Shown here piece by piece: positions 44,335 through 53,338 of a stretch of DNA of 64,000 nt. This DNA comes from Myxococcota bacterium. Its GTDB lineage: Bacteria; Myxococcota_A; Polyangia; Polyangiales; Houyiibacteriaceae. The notes below the pieces were generated by a model that did not search any database, was not told the DNA's origin, and saw nothing but the letters and a program-made list of their open reading frames with translations. Made by a program: the position numbers and the translations under genes. Position 1 is the stretch's first letter; every line of letters begins with the position of its first letter. The stretch lies in the NCBI GenBank assembly GCA_039030515.1, contig JBCCEA010000018.1, positions 24,033-88,032 on the forward strand, given 5' to 3'.

Positions 44335-46044
44335 AAAGAACCCTGGAGTGAACGCGAAACCATCAGGTCGCCCCAAACTCCCGCCAGGACCGAAATCCGA
44401 CACGATGGCGGCAAGCTGCTCTTTCGTTTGCTCGGGGTCGGGCTTCCCGGCTGAAGCGGCCATACGTTCGACGTGCAAAGTCTGTGTCGGAAACGCGAAT
44501 GAAACTCTGAGTGTCGAAGCCAGTCTCATGATCTCGAGAAAGATCGTATGCCGATGTCTCAACTCTTCGCTCCACGTGGAAACATCCAAAAAGAAGTAAA
44601 CCAGTACTTCAAGTGCGCTGTCCCCAAAATTTCGAAAATGAACCTCGAACGCATCTTGTTGTACCGCGGGACTGGCGCGAAGGATGGCGCGAATACCGTC
44701 GGTGAACGCCTCTACCTGCTCCGGGCTTGAGCCGTACTCGACACCTAGCGTGGTGGATACACGCCGCTTGTAACGGCCGCTGTAGTTGTCGATTACGGCA
44801 TTGGCTACCTTTGAGTTGGGAACGAAAACGATCGAATTATAAAAGGTACGCAGTCGGGTGGTTCGCATACCGATCTCCTCCACCACGCCCTCCGTTCCAT
44901 CGATGATGACCCAATCACCGATCTGGAACGGACCGTCGGCAAAGATCGCGATGGAACCGAAGAGATTGGCCACGGTGTCCTTTGCAGCGAAGGAAAAAGC
45001 CAACCCACCTACGGTGGCGCCGGCGAGCAGTGAGCCGATATCCACGTTGAGGTTTTGTAGAACGAAAAGCACGCCTAAGGTCGAGACCACGGCCTTGGCG
45101 ATTTTGCGCAGGAGGGGAACCAGCTGATCATCGAGCTTGGTTGCGGTTTTGGCAGCTCGCTTTTGAAAGATGCTGCTCACCACATCCACCAACCGATAGG
45201 CCACCAGGACCGCACTGGCCGCTGCAAGTGTCCGAAGCGCGATGCGAATCACATCGTTAATCGCAACCCCAAAGTTGAGGATCGGAAGCAAGTACCAGAT
45301 CACTGCCGCCATCGCGAGGGAACCGATAGGGTTTGCTGCCCTGGCGACCACCGTGCGATCGGCGGCGTCGCCTCGCTGCGTGAGAAAGCGCTGGCTTTGT
45401 GAAGCCACAACGCCAGCGATCGCAGAGCGCGACAACCAGCCGAGGCCGATGACCAGCAAGAGTGCACACAGCTGCCAAAGGGCTACCCCCGACAAGAACG
45501 GAAGAGTCAGCCAACCGGGCAGAGCCTCGAGTAGCGGTTCAATATCAAAAGGATAAAGGTCTCCGTACGCTTTTTTTATGGCCAGTACAGAAGCGCTGGG
45601 GAAAAGCCAGTCCGTACCTCTTCGGGTTAGGAAAAACTCAGGAGCTTTCGACTCGTCCGGGATGAGCTCTCCGGTATCGATCCGGTAGTACAGCGCGACA
45701 CGTTCGACGGGCACCTCGGGCGTATCGGGGATCTGCGCATATACAACGGCGCCTCGATTGTCGAGAACCCGCTTCAACCGCTCGGCATGCTGTATGCGCG
45801 CTTCGGTGCCCTGAATTCCTGCATCTTCCCAATCAAAACATCGGATGGCGCTGACCGTCGCTCCTGCGTTCAGGTTGTCGAGAAACGAGCGCACGGCCTT
45901 TCGCGGCGTGGAACAGTTCGGCGGGATCGGTCCGGCTTGGGCATATACCGGCTTATGCAGAGAGAAGACTGAGATCGCAAAAACCAGTGCCCATCGAAGC
46001 CACCATACAAAAACGCTTTGTTTTCTGAGCAATTCGGAATTCAT
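44305..46044 (-). CDS. MscS family mechanosensitive channel with periplasmic N-terminal domain (YnaI-like)
   Basis: Signal peptide, TM helices, AAKDTVANLFG, PFQIGDW, GVVEEIGMRTT, FAFPTQTL. Confidence 0.93.
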   Translation of the reverse strand: MNSELLRKQSVFVWWLRWALVFAISVFSLHKPVYAQAGPIPPNCSTPRKAVRSFLDNLNAGATVSAIRCFDWEDAGIQGTEARIQHAERLKRVLDNRGAVVYAQIPDTPEVPVERVALYYRIDTGELIPDESKAPEFFLTRRGTDWLFPSASVLAIKKAYGDLYPFDIEPLLEALPGWLTLPFLSGVALWQLCALLLVIGLGWLSRSAIAGVVASQSQRFLTQRGDAADRTVVARAANPIGSLAMAAVIWYLLPILNFGVAINDVIRIALRTLAAASAVLVAYRLVDVVSSIFQKRAAKTATKLDDQLVPLLRKIAKAVVSTLGVLFVLQNLNVDIGSLLAGATVGGLAFSFAAKDTVANLFGSIAIFADGPFQIGDWVIIDGTEGVVEEIGMRTTRLRTFYNSIVFVPNSKVANAVIDNYSGRYKRRVSTTLGVEYGSSPEQVEAFTDGIRAILRASPAVQQDAFEVHFRNFGDSALEVLVYFFLDVSTWSEELRHRHTIFLEIMRLASTLRVSFAFPTQTLHVERMAASAGKPDPEQTKEQLAAIVSDFGPGGSLGRPDGFAFTPGFFAGSETKRRV

Positions 46045-46124
46045 TGGCGCGTACGATTACTCGCTTGTGAAATGGAGACCAATTCAAACTACGATCGCTT
46101 CTCAAAAACGATCCCTTAGCTCCA

Positions 46125-46658
46125 TCACGGTTCGCCCTGCTCCGGTGAGGCATGGTTTCCGGAGCGCGCTCGATAGGCGCCCACGGCCCATCGGCTCAAA
46201 AAGTATCCGGGCAGACCCGTGCAGACGCCAAGGAGCATGCTGCCTACCCAAAGCTCCGTGCTCAGCGACAGAAGCGCGGACCCAAGTTGAGTCCAAAAAG
46301 AAGGTGTCCAGATCTGAGTGCCGAGTTTGTGGTCCACAAGCGTTCCGATGCTGGTGACGACCGCACCTTCTGCACCTGATTCGGGGAGGCCGAAGTTCAG
46401 ACAGTACGATCCGACCGACCAGCAGAAGTAGTAGAAGGGCACGGCGCTGATGGGGTTGCTAATAAATAAGAGAGGCATTCCCGAAAATCGATTGGCTCCG
46501 AGTAGCGTCGCAAGGAATAGGTAGAGGGCGATCTGAACGCCGAGCGTAGGCGTGAATGCGATCATGAGACCGAGTGCGACGCCCAAGGCGATTCGATGGG
46601 GGGTATCGCGGAGACCGAACACGCGATCGATGAGAACAGCTTTCAACTGGCTCCGCAT
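46125..46658 (-). CDS. DUF2062 family membrane protein
   Basis: TPHRIALGVALG...FTP, ISNP motifs. Confidence 0.8.
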   Translation of the reverse strand: MRSQLKAVLIDRVFGLRDTPHRIALGVALGLMIAFTPTLGVQIALYLFLATLLGANRFSGMPLLFISNPISAVPFYYFCWSVGSYCLNFGLPESGAEGAVVTSIGTLVDHKLGTQIWTPSFWTQLGSALLSLSTELWVGSMLLGVCTGLPGYFLSRWAVGAYRARSGNHASPEQGEP

Positions 46659-46675
46659 AGTGTCGGTGATGCGAC

Positions 46676-47212
46676 TCAACTGTGCGTGCTGTAGAGAGTG
46701 GAACGCGCTCGTCGTTTCGCCCGCTCTACAATAGGAATCATGCATTTCTGCGCTTCAGAAGTCTCGATAACGGTCACCGCATCTATTTCTGGATTCGACT
46801 GCGCTACGTCTAGGAACAGTTCCATAGCGGATTCCGGATCGATCAAGTTGAGCGCGCGACCTGGAAGCACACACGCAGAAGCACGTACCCGAACGCGAGA
46901 CAGGGTCCGGAACATGTTCTCGACAGCGATCAGAAAAACGTCTTCACTGAATGACGTACGTGGTCCCATCCCAAATAGGAATAGCTTTTCGATATCGAAC
47001 CTCGGCCTCAAAGGAACAAGAGACGACTCTCCCCGATGACCGTTCAATCGCCCTTGCTTCAGGCACTGAGATAACAGCCCACACATGCGCCAATCCACAA
47101 GACCAAGGGTTCCGGTGAGTGGTTGTTCATCCGAGAAAAAACTGGCGTAGAGAGCCTCGGTCCTCAGCAGGTCAAAGTTTCGCAGGACTGGCCGAATAAA
47201 GTCGATGTCCAT
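46676..47212 (-). CDS. Stand-alone peptidase M17 N-terminal-domain-like protein
   Basis: DEQPLTGTLGLVDWRMCGLLS, GHRGE, KLFLFGMG; no catalytic M17 domain. Confidence 0.65.
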   Translation of the reverse strand: MDIDFIRPVLRNFDLLRTEALYASFFSDEQPLTGTLGLVDWRMCGLLSQCLKQGRLNGHRGESSLVPLRPRFDIEKLFLFGMGPRTSFSEDVFLIAVENMFRTLSRVRVRASACVLPGRALNLIDPESAMELFLDVAQSNPEIDAVTVIETSEAQKCMIPIVERAKRRARSTLYSTHS

Positions 47213-47269
47213 TCAGTGATACTCCGTGCACCCTCGAAACAGTCTGCCCGCCTTTGCGTGGCTCCTCGT

Positions 47270-47704
47270 TCAGTCCTTACCCAAGTCGCTTGCGATGCGA
47301 TCGAGAATTCCGTTGATGAATCCCGGACTGCCTTCACTGCCGAAACGTTTCGCAAGTTCGATAGCTTCGTTGAGCGTCACACGGCTAGGAACGTCATCGA
47401 GCTTCAGCAACTCAAAGGTTGCTAATCTGAGAATGCTCAGGTCGACCCGTTCCATTCGCTCCAAACGCCAATGATGGCTTGCAGCGCGAATTGCCTTGTC
47501 GATCTCCTCGGCAGACTCATGAAATCCGCGCACGATCTCTGTTGCAAACGCTTCGCCGTCACGACTCGCTGCAAGGTGTTTCCAAAAGTGTTCGCGTGAA
47601 TTCTCGTCCGACACCCCAGCACGGTTCTCCGAACGAGAGAGGTCCGATTGGTAGAGCATCTGAAGGGCCGCTTCCCGACCTTTTCGGCGAGCGCCCGAGT
47701 TCAC
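47270..47704 (-). CDS. nusB: Transcription antitermination factor NusB
   Basis: [37 protein letters not shown]. Confidence 0.96.
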   Translation of the reverse strand: MNSGARRKGREAALQMLYQSDLSRSENRAGVSDENSREHFWKHLAASRDGEAFATEIVRGFHESAEEIDKAIRAASHHWRLERMERVDLSILRLATFELLKLDDVPSRVTLNEAIELAKRFGSEGSPGFINGILDRIASDLGKD

Positions 47705-48180
47705 AGGCCATCCGCTCTGAGCGCCGCTTGAAGATTGGCCATTTCTAGAGCGGACATCGCCGCTTCAAATCCTTTGTTGCCGGCTTTTGTTCCGGCTCGT
47801 TCGATGGCCTGCTCGATCGTGTCCGTGGTCAGAATCCCCAAACTCACCGGCACTCCGGTCTGCATCATCACCGCGGCAATTCCCTTGGTGGCCTCTGCGG
47901 CGACGTAATCAAAATGAGGTGTGCCGCCTCGGATAATCGCACCGAGCACGATCACGGCAGCAAAAGATTTACTTTGGGCGAGCTGTTGCGTCGCAAGCGG
48001 CAGTTCCCATGCCCCGGGTACCTTGGCGTGTGCCAACTGGTTCGAGTCGATCCCGTGGCGTCCAAGCGCGTCCCTCGCCCCTTCGACGAGCCGGTCCACG
48101 ATGAAATGATTGAATCGCGAACTCACGATTGCGAACCGAGTTTCACCTTCTGCCGTTAGAGATCCTTCGTACGTCTTCAT
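47701..48180 (-). CDS. ribH: Lumazine synthase
   Basis: [35 protein letters not shown]. Confidence 0.97.
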   Translation of the reverse strand: MKTYEGSLTAEGETRFAIVSSRFNHFIVDRLVEGARDALGRHGIDSNQLAHAKVPGAWELPLATQQLAQSKSFAAVIVLGAIIRGGTPHFDYVAAEATKGIAAVMMQTGVPVSLGILTTDTIEQAIERAGTKAGNKGFEAAMSALEMANLQAALRADGL

Positions 48181-49301
48181 CGTGATTGGCTTTCATCTCT
48201 CAAGAGCATTTGTTCTATGATTTCCAGGCCGTATCCTTCAAGACTAGGAACGCGGCGAGGACGGTTGGTTAGCACGCGGATTTGCTGAACGCCCAAATCC
48301 CGTAGAACCTGCGCGCCGAGGCCGTATTCGCGCAGCACCTCTCCCTCGTCCACAACGCGTGCTTCGGCTGCGTCTCTGCCTAGGGTCAACCCTAAATCAC
48401 TTCGGAAATCAGTAGATCCCGGCAGAAACAAGACAACGCCCTTTCCTTCGGCTTCGATGCACTGGACGACTTGATCCATCGCCATCCGCCGCTCAGAGCG
48501 TACCCCGAACACATCTCCGTACACATTGCCGGTGTGTACTCGAACGATCGTGGGCTCTCGGTTCACCACCCCCAGAGTGAGTGCCACAAACTGACGACCG
48601 TCCGGCACGCCGTAGACATAGCTTTGCCACGTTCTGCCGGAAGACAGCGTCAATTCATGTTCTTCCAAACGCTCCACGAGCCGTTCGGTATGCATGCGGT
48701 ACTGGATCAGGTCTGCGATGGAGAGGATCATCATCCCGTGCTTTGACGCAAACACCTCGAGGTCGGGATAGCGCGCCATCGTACCGTCCTCCTTCATGAT
48801 TTCGCAGATCACTCCTGCAGGCTGAAGTTTTGCGAGGCGCGCCAAATCCACCGACCCTTCGGTATGTCCTGTGCGCTGCAGCACGCCACCTGGGCGGGCT
48901 CGAAGCGGGAACACATGGCCAGGCCTCACCAGTGCGTTCGGACCCGCTTCAGGGTCGACTGCAGTCCGCACCGTGTGTGCGCGGTCGGCGGCACTGATCC
49001 CAGTGGTTACTCCGTAGCGTGCCTCCACACTTACCGTAAACGCAGTCCCTCGATCGGCTCCATTGGCCTCTACCATCATCGGCAGGCCAAGCTGCTCCAC
49101 CCGTTCGGTGGTGAGGCTGAGACAGATCAGTCCGCGCGCGTGGGTGGCCATGAAGTTGATCGCCTCTTTGGTGACGAGCTCGGCTGCCATGACCAGGTCT
49201 CCCTCGTTTTCACGACGTTCATCGTCAACGAGAATGACCATTTCGCCTTGCCGGATGGCCTCGATCGCTCTTGCAACCGTTGGAAAAGAACCGTCTTTCA
49301 T
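48177..49301 (-). CDS. ribB: DHBP synthase fused to a degenerate GTP cyclohydrolase II-like domain (RibBX type)
   Basis: [29 protein letters not shown] intact; C-terminal domain [14 protein letters not shown] lacks the Zn-binding cysteines. Confidence 0.93.
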   Translation of the reverse strand: MKDGSFPTVARAIEAIRQGEMVILVDDERRENEGDLVMAAELVTKEAINFMATHARGLICLSLTTERVEQLGLPMMVEANGADRGTAFTVSVEARYGVTTGISAADRAHTVRTAVDPEAGPNALVRPGHVFPLRARPGGVLQRTGHTEGSVDLARLAKLQPAGVICEIMKEDGTMARYPDLEVFASKHGMMILSIADLIQYRMHTERLVERLEEHELTLSSGRTWQSYVYGVPDGRQFVALTLGVVNREPTIVRVHTGNVYGDVFGVRSERRMAMDQVVQCIEAEGKGVVLFLPGSTDFRSDLGLTLGRDAAEARVVDEGEVLREYGLGAQVLRDLGVQQIRVLTNRPRRVPSLEGYGLEIIEQMLLRDESQSR

Positions 49302-49417
49302 CGCGAGCGTTCCTTCCGCCAATATCGACCTGTCTGCAACCGGACGGATCGAGTTAGGCGCAGCACGTATCCTGCAGGCAAGAAGCTGCAAGCACCGCAT
49401 ATCCCTGAGGCGGAACC

Positions 49418-50080
49418 CTAGAGGTATCCTTGCCTGCCGAGTAGGTCTAGGGTCACTCCTTGAGCTTCCGTACTGCCGGATTCCATGCCGTCCACACCTG
49501 GTTTGCCTAGAAGACGCGCTACGTACTTTGCGAGAATATCGACTTCGATATTCACTTCAGAGCCAGGTTTTTTACGATCGAGTCGTGTTTCTGCTCGTGA
49601 ATAAGGAACCAGCACCACGTCGAAGGTTCGATCGCGAACCCGATTGATAGTAAGGCTAATGCCGTCAATCGCGATCGATCCCTTGGAAGCGAGAAATGGC
49701 GCCAGCTCTGAAGGCACCTCCACCGTCACCTGTAAGGCGTCTCCGAGAGGTTGGACGGCATAGATCGAACCGACCCCATCCACGTGTCCAGAAACAAGGT
49801 GTCCGCCCACCCGCGCACCGATTTGGAGCGCTCGTTCGAGATGGACTTCCGAGCCCGCTGTCGCATACCTAAGGGTGGTACGATCGAGGGTTTCAGCGGA
49901 GGCTTCGCATCGAAAGCCGCCCCCTGTGATTTGGCTAACCGTAAGGCAGGCTCCGCTGACCGCGATCGATTCACCAAGCTGTATGTGCTCGAAACTGCAG
50001 CTGATCTTAAGTTTCCGACCTTCAGACGAAGTGCTGATCTCCTGAATCCTGCCTACCTCTTGCACAAGGCCTGTAAACAT
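49418..50080 (-). CDS. ribE: Riboflavin synthase (alpha chain)
   Basis: MFTGLV start, SIAVSGACLTV, GGHLVSGHVDG, KGSIAIDGISLT. Confidence 0.97.
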   Translation of the reverse strand: MFTGLVQEVGRIQEISTSSEGRKLKISCSFEHIQLGESIAVSGACLTVSQITGGGFRCEASAETLDRTTLRYATAGSEVHLERALQIGARVGGHLVSGHVDGVGSIYAVQPLGDALQVTVEVPSELAPFLASKGSIAIDGISLTINRVRDRTFDVVLVPYSRAETRLDRKKPGSEVNIEVDILAKYVARLLGKPGVDGMESGSTEAQGVTLDLLGRQGYL

Positions 50081-50090
50081 ATTGGCACGC

Positions 50091-50894
50091 TCACTCTCTT
50101 GAACGGTTGAGAACTCCGGCGATCGAAATGTCTGCTCCAAAGGTCCGAAGGCGCACTCTACTCAGCTGCGGTGCGTACTTGAGCGGTAGCGATCTGTTCC
50201 CATCAAAAACCGGTAGCGCCTTCGCGTCCCCTAAAACGGTAGGCGCGATGAAGAGCACCACTTCATCGACGAGCGCTGCGTCGAGAAAGGCTCCCTGTAC
50301 TTTCGATCCTCCTTCGACGAGCAGTCTTCGAACACCTCGGCGATGCAGTATACGCATCACGGAGCGTAAGCTGACGCGCCCTTGCGCTTCTGGAGCGGAG
50401 GAGATCGATGCGCCCGCCGAGCAAAGCGCAGTGCGCCGCGCCATCAGCTCATCCACATTTTCGCTGGGATTCTGGTTGGCTGGTTGACGGTGTTCGGCGT
50501 GAAATATCCAGGTCGATGCCTGGGAGCTAGAGCACAACACTCGGGCGTCCGGAGGCGTACGAAGGGTCGAGTCGAGGACCACTCGAATGGGATCGTCATC
50601 GGGAGCGGTGCGCTCCAGTCGAACGGTGAGCTGTGGATCGTCGGCGAGTATGGTCCCTACCCCGACCAGTACCGCGTCGACCTTGCGTCTAAGTTCATGG
50701 GCTTCGCGGCGTGATTCGGGGCCCGTGATCCACTTGGACTCCCCCTGGCGCGTCGCGGTGCGGCCATCGAGGGTCATCGCAGACTTTGAGATGACCCACG
50801 GACGCAAGAGTGTATCGGGATCACGTTCGTCTGGAAGTTCTGATCGATGAGCTTGCTCGATCGGAAGTTCACCACTCGGTGGCGCAGGCTTCAC
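50091..50894 (-). CDS. ribD: RibD C-terminal pyrimidine reductase domain only (no deaminase domain)
   Basis: KSAMTLDGRTA, SKWITG, GVGTILADDPQLT, LLVEGG; GTG start overlaps the nrdR TGA. Confidence 0.9.
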   Translation of the reverse strand: MKPAPPSGELPIEQAHRSELPDERDPDTLLRPWVISKSAMTLDGRTATRQGESKWITGPESRREAHELRRKVDAVLVGVGTILADDPQLTVRLERTAPDDDPIRVVLDSTLRTPPDARVLCSSSQASTWIFHAEHRQPANQNPSENVDELMARRTALCSAGASISSAPEAQGRVSLRSVMRILHRRGVRRLLVEGGSKVQGAFLDAALVDEVVLFIAPTVLGDAKALPVFDGNRSLPLKYAPQLSRVRLRTFGADISIAGVLNRSRE

Positions 50895-51361
50895 GAAGCT
50901 CGCTCGCGTGACCCGTCAAGAAGCGCACTCAGCTCCTGTAGAAACTCGTGAGCATCTTTGAAATCTCGATATACGCTCGCAAAGCGCACGTAGGCGACCT
51001 GATCGAGTTCTCGAAGTGCATGCATTAGCCGCTCGCCTATCTCTTTGGACGTGATCTCGTTGCCTCCAGACTCCGAGAGAGAGCGCTCCAGGGAGTCCAC
51101 GATTCGTTCCAGGCTTTCCGCGGAAATATCTCGTTTCACGCATGCTCTGCGCAGGCCGGCCATCGCTTTATCGCGGGTAAACGGCTCGCGTCCGCCATTT
51201 TGTTTGATGACGAGCGGCAACGCCTGCTCGACTCGCTCATAGGTGGTGTAGCGTTTGCCGCATGCGTTGCATTCACGCCTTCTACGGGTCACTTCTCCCG
51301 CTTGAGACAGTCTAGAATCGATAACGCGGTTATCGAATTTGCCGCAGTAGGGGCACCGCAT
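50891..51361 (-). CDS. nrdR: Transcriptional repressor NrdR
   Basis: MRCPYC, RRRRECNAC, ATP cone, VAYVRFASVY. Confidence 0.98.
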   Translation of the reverse strand: MRCPYCGKFDNRVIDSRLSQAGEVTRRRRECNACGKRYTTYERVEQALPLVIKQNGGREPFTRDKAMAGLRRACVKRDISAESLERIVDSLERSLSESGGNEITSKEIGERLMHALRELDQVAYVRFASVYRDFKDAHEFLQELSALLDGSRERAS

Positions 51362-51372
51362 GCTCCGCGAAG

Positions 51373-52686
51373 CTAGCGCTCGGCCGAAGGAGTCGCAAGT
51401 GGATCCAAAGGTATCAAACGAACCACGGATTCAAGGTGAGCCGTTTGCGGAAACATATCGAAGGCTAGAGCTCGATCGACCCGGTATCCCAAACCCGCAA
51501 AGCGGAAGAGGTCCCGTTTGAGTGAGGCGGTATCGCATGAAACATAGACGATTCTCGATGGACGACGCTTCACGATCGACGCGATGAGATGCTTGGCACC
51601 TGCTCGGGGTGGATCGAGTACGACCACCTCGACCGGAGGTCCCTTCACCTCATGCAGTGCATCCCCTTCGATCACACGCACCCGGCCGCGTGGCAGGGAT
51701 TCTATGTTTTGCCGTAACGCTCGACACGCTTCAGGATGGCTTTCTACGGCGACGACATGGCGCGCTAGGGTTGCGAGCGCGAGGGTTAGGTTCCCTGAGC
51801 CTGCATGCAGCTCGAGCACGCGAACATCTTGGCAGTCGGCAAGCTCGGTGACATGTCCGATGAGGGCCTGATTCACAGGATCGTTTGCTTGAGAGAACCC
51901 GCCTTCGGTGCCGATCATCGGCACCTGCGTGTCCCTCGGAATCCACTCCCACGTATCTCCAAACCGCGCTGCGACGCTGGCGCCTCCAGCGCGTAGCGAG
52001 GCTCCGGCGAGCCCCCCTTCTTCGACCCAAGATTCGAGTTGAGAGTAGAGCGCCGGGGGTTGTGGATCCTGAGCATCCATCCAAATGACGGCGAGGCCGC
52101 TCGTGCCCATTCCTAGCCGCAGGGTCCCCTCACCCTGAACATGTGAAGACACTCTTGTTCGAAACTCCGAAACTGCCTCTCGTAGCGTCTCGACCAAGAC
52201 CAGGCAGAGTTTCACGTCGACCAGAGCTCGGTCCCCCCTAGGTCGATAGCCCAACCGCGCTCCCGAAAAATGCAGGCGAGCGCGACGTCGGTATCCCAGT
52301 TTCGGTCCAGACTCGATCCACTCGACCTCAGGTGCGTTAGATGTGGAACGTTCACTCGCGAGCACCGCCTCGGTCAACATGGCCGTTTTTGCTTCTCGCT
52401 GGGATCGCGCAGAGGCGTGCATGAAAGGACAGCCGCCGCACGTATCGGCAATCTCGCAGGGAGGATTGACTCGTTCCTCCGACGAATGGAGCACCTCGAC
52501 GACCCTGCCCTGCAGCGTGCCTCTTGTCCTCCTAACGCGATCGAGAACCACGACCTCTCCGGGCAACGCTCCCCTCGCGAACACGATTCCGAGAGGGGTT
52601 TCGATCGCTGAGTCGCCACCTCGGGCTAGGGCCCGCACCCTACCTTCGATGGTTGTCTTGCCCGTGACACTCTTCGTATTCACCAT
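51373..52686 (-). CDS. rlmD: RlmD/TrmA family RNA m5U methyltransferase
   Basis: TRAM-like N-terminus, CxxxxxCGGC Fe-S motif, FSQAN, LDPPRAG, YVSCD, DMFPQTAHLE. Confidence 0.88.
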   Translation of the reverse strand: MVNTKSVTGKTTIEGRVRALARGGDSAIETPLGIVFARGALPGEVVVLDRVRRTRGTLQGRVVEVLHSSEERVNPPCEIADTCGGCPFMHASARSQREAKTAMLTEAVLASERSTSNAPEVEWIESGPKLGYRRRARLHFSGARLGYRPRGDRALVDVKLCLVLVETLREAVSEFRTRVSSHVQGEGTLRLGMGTSGLAVIWMDAQDPQPPALYSQLESWVEEGGLAGASLRAGGASVAARFGDTWEWIPRDTQVPMIGTEGGFSQANDPVNQALIGHVTELADCQDVRVLELHAGSGNLTLALATLARHVVAVESHPEACRALRQNIESLPRGRVRVIEGDALHEVKGPPVEVVVLDPPRAGAKHLIASIVKRRPSRIVYVSCDTASLKRDLFRFAGLGYRVDRALAFDMFPQTAHLESVVRLIPLDPLATPSAER

Positions 52687-52690
52687 CGGT

Positions 52691-53338
52691 TTAGGGGAAG
52701 CGCTGGGCTGGACGACCGCGGGCGTATACGAAAGAAAAATCGCCGTCGATCACCGCGAATCGCTCTTCGGGCTCTCGCAGATCGGTGAGCCGCACGTTGG
52801 TAAAAGAACCTTCAATACGGTCCCCGCTCCCCTCGCCAGGAGCGTAAATTGCATCGAAGGTGATCTCTCCGGACACAGCCTCATAGATCACGGGCAACCT
52901 ATCCGATCGATAAGGGCACCTGCGGTTGAGATAGAGTGCCATGCGCACCGGCGCCATGAACTCACTGGTGATGGGAATGGGCTGCATAAGGAACTGCTCG
53001 AAGACCTCTTCCCGGTCGAGAATGGATATAGAAACGCCGTTGGTGCGATCTTCAAAACCGCTACCCCGCTGAATGCGGATTTCAAGAATCTCCTCGGTGC
53101 CGACATCCGCAACAAAGAAATTGGGTCTCAGATCGAGTGCCCATTCCTCCAGACCACAGTCTGGCGCATTCACCAGACCTGTAACCGAGCCCTCGCCGAT
53201 TCCCACCGTACATCCCAGCGACCCGAACGATACGATGAGACCGAACCAAATATGTCTTGCATGGCTGGACGTAAGCGCAGTGCCGAGTCTGGCTGGGCTG
53301 AGGCTCAATACCTCAAATCTATTGAATAAAGCCTCCAC
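52691..53338 (-). CDS. Hypothetical lipoprotein
   Basis: Lipobox-like IVSFGSLGC; beta-rich body; co-directional within the gene run; start uncertain. Confidence 0.6.
   Translation of the reverse strand: MEALFNRFEVLSLSPARLGTALTSSHARHIWFGLIVSFGSLGCTVGIGEGSVTGLVNAPDCGLEEWALDLRPNFFVADVGTEEILEIRIQRGSGFEDRTNGVSISILDREEVFEQFLMQPIPITSEFMAPVRMALYLNRRCPYRSDRLPVIYEAVSGEITFDAIYAPGEGSGDRIEGSFTNVRLTDLREPEERFAVIDGDFSFVYARGRPAQRFP

Noticed and set aside
44568..44583. parS-like palindrome cgcTCCACGTGGAaac inside mscS
   Set aside because: Only 12 of 16 positions match TGTTCCACGTGGAACA, outer arms are broken, single copy within coding sequence
50895..51372. Frameshifted ribD deaminase remnant or FMN riboswitch
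   Set aside because: The region is fully occupied by intact nrdR, which overlaps the reductase start
52343..53329. 328-aa plus-strand ORF, and many similar antisense ORFs in the track
   Set aside because: Antisense shadows of well-supported genes in a GC-rich genome; no recognisable motifs
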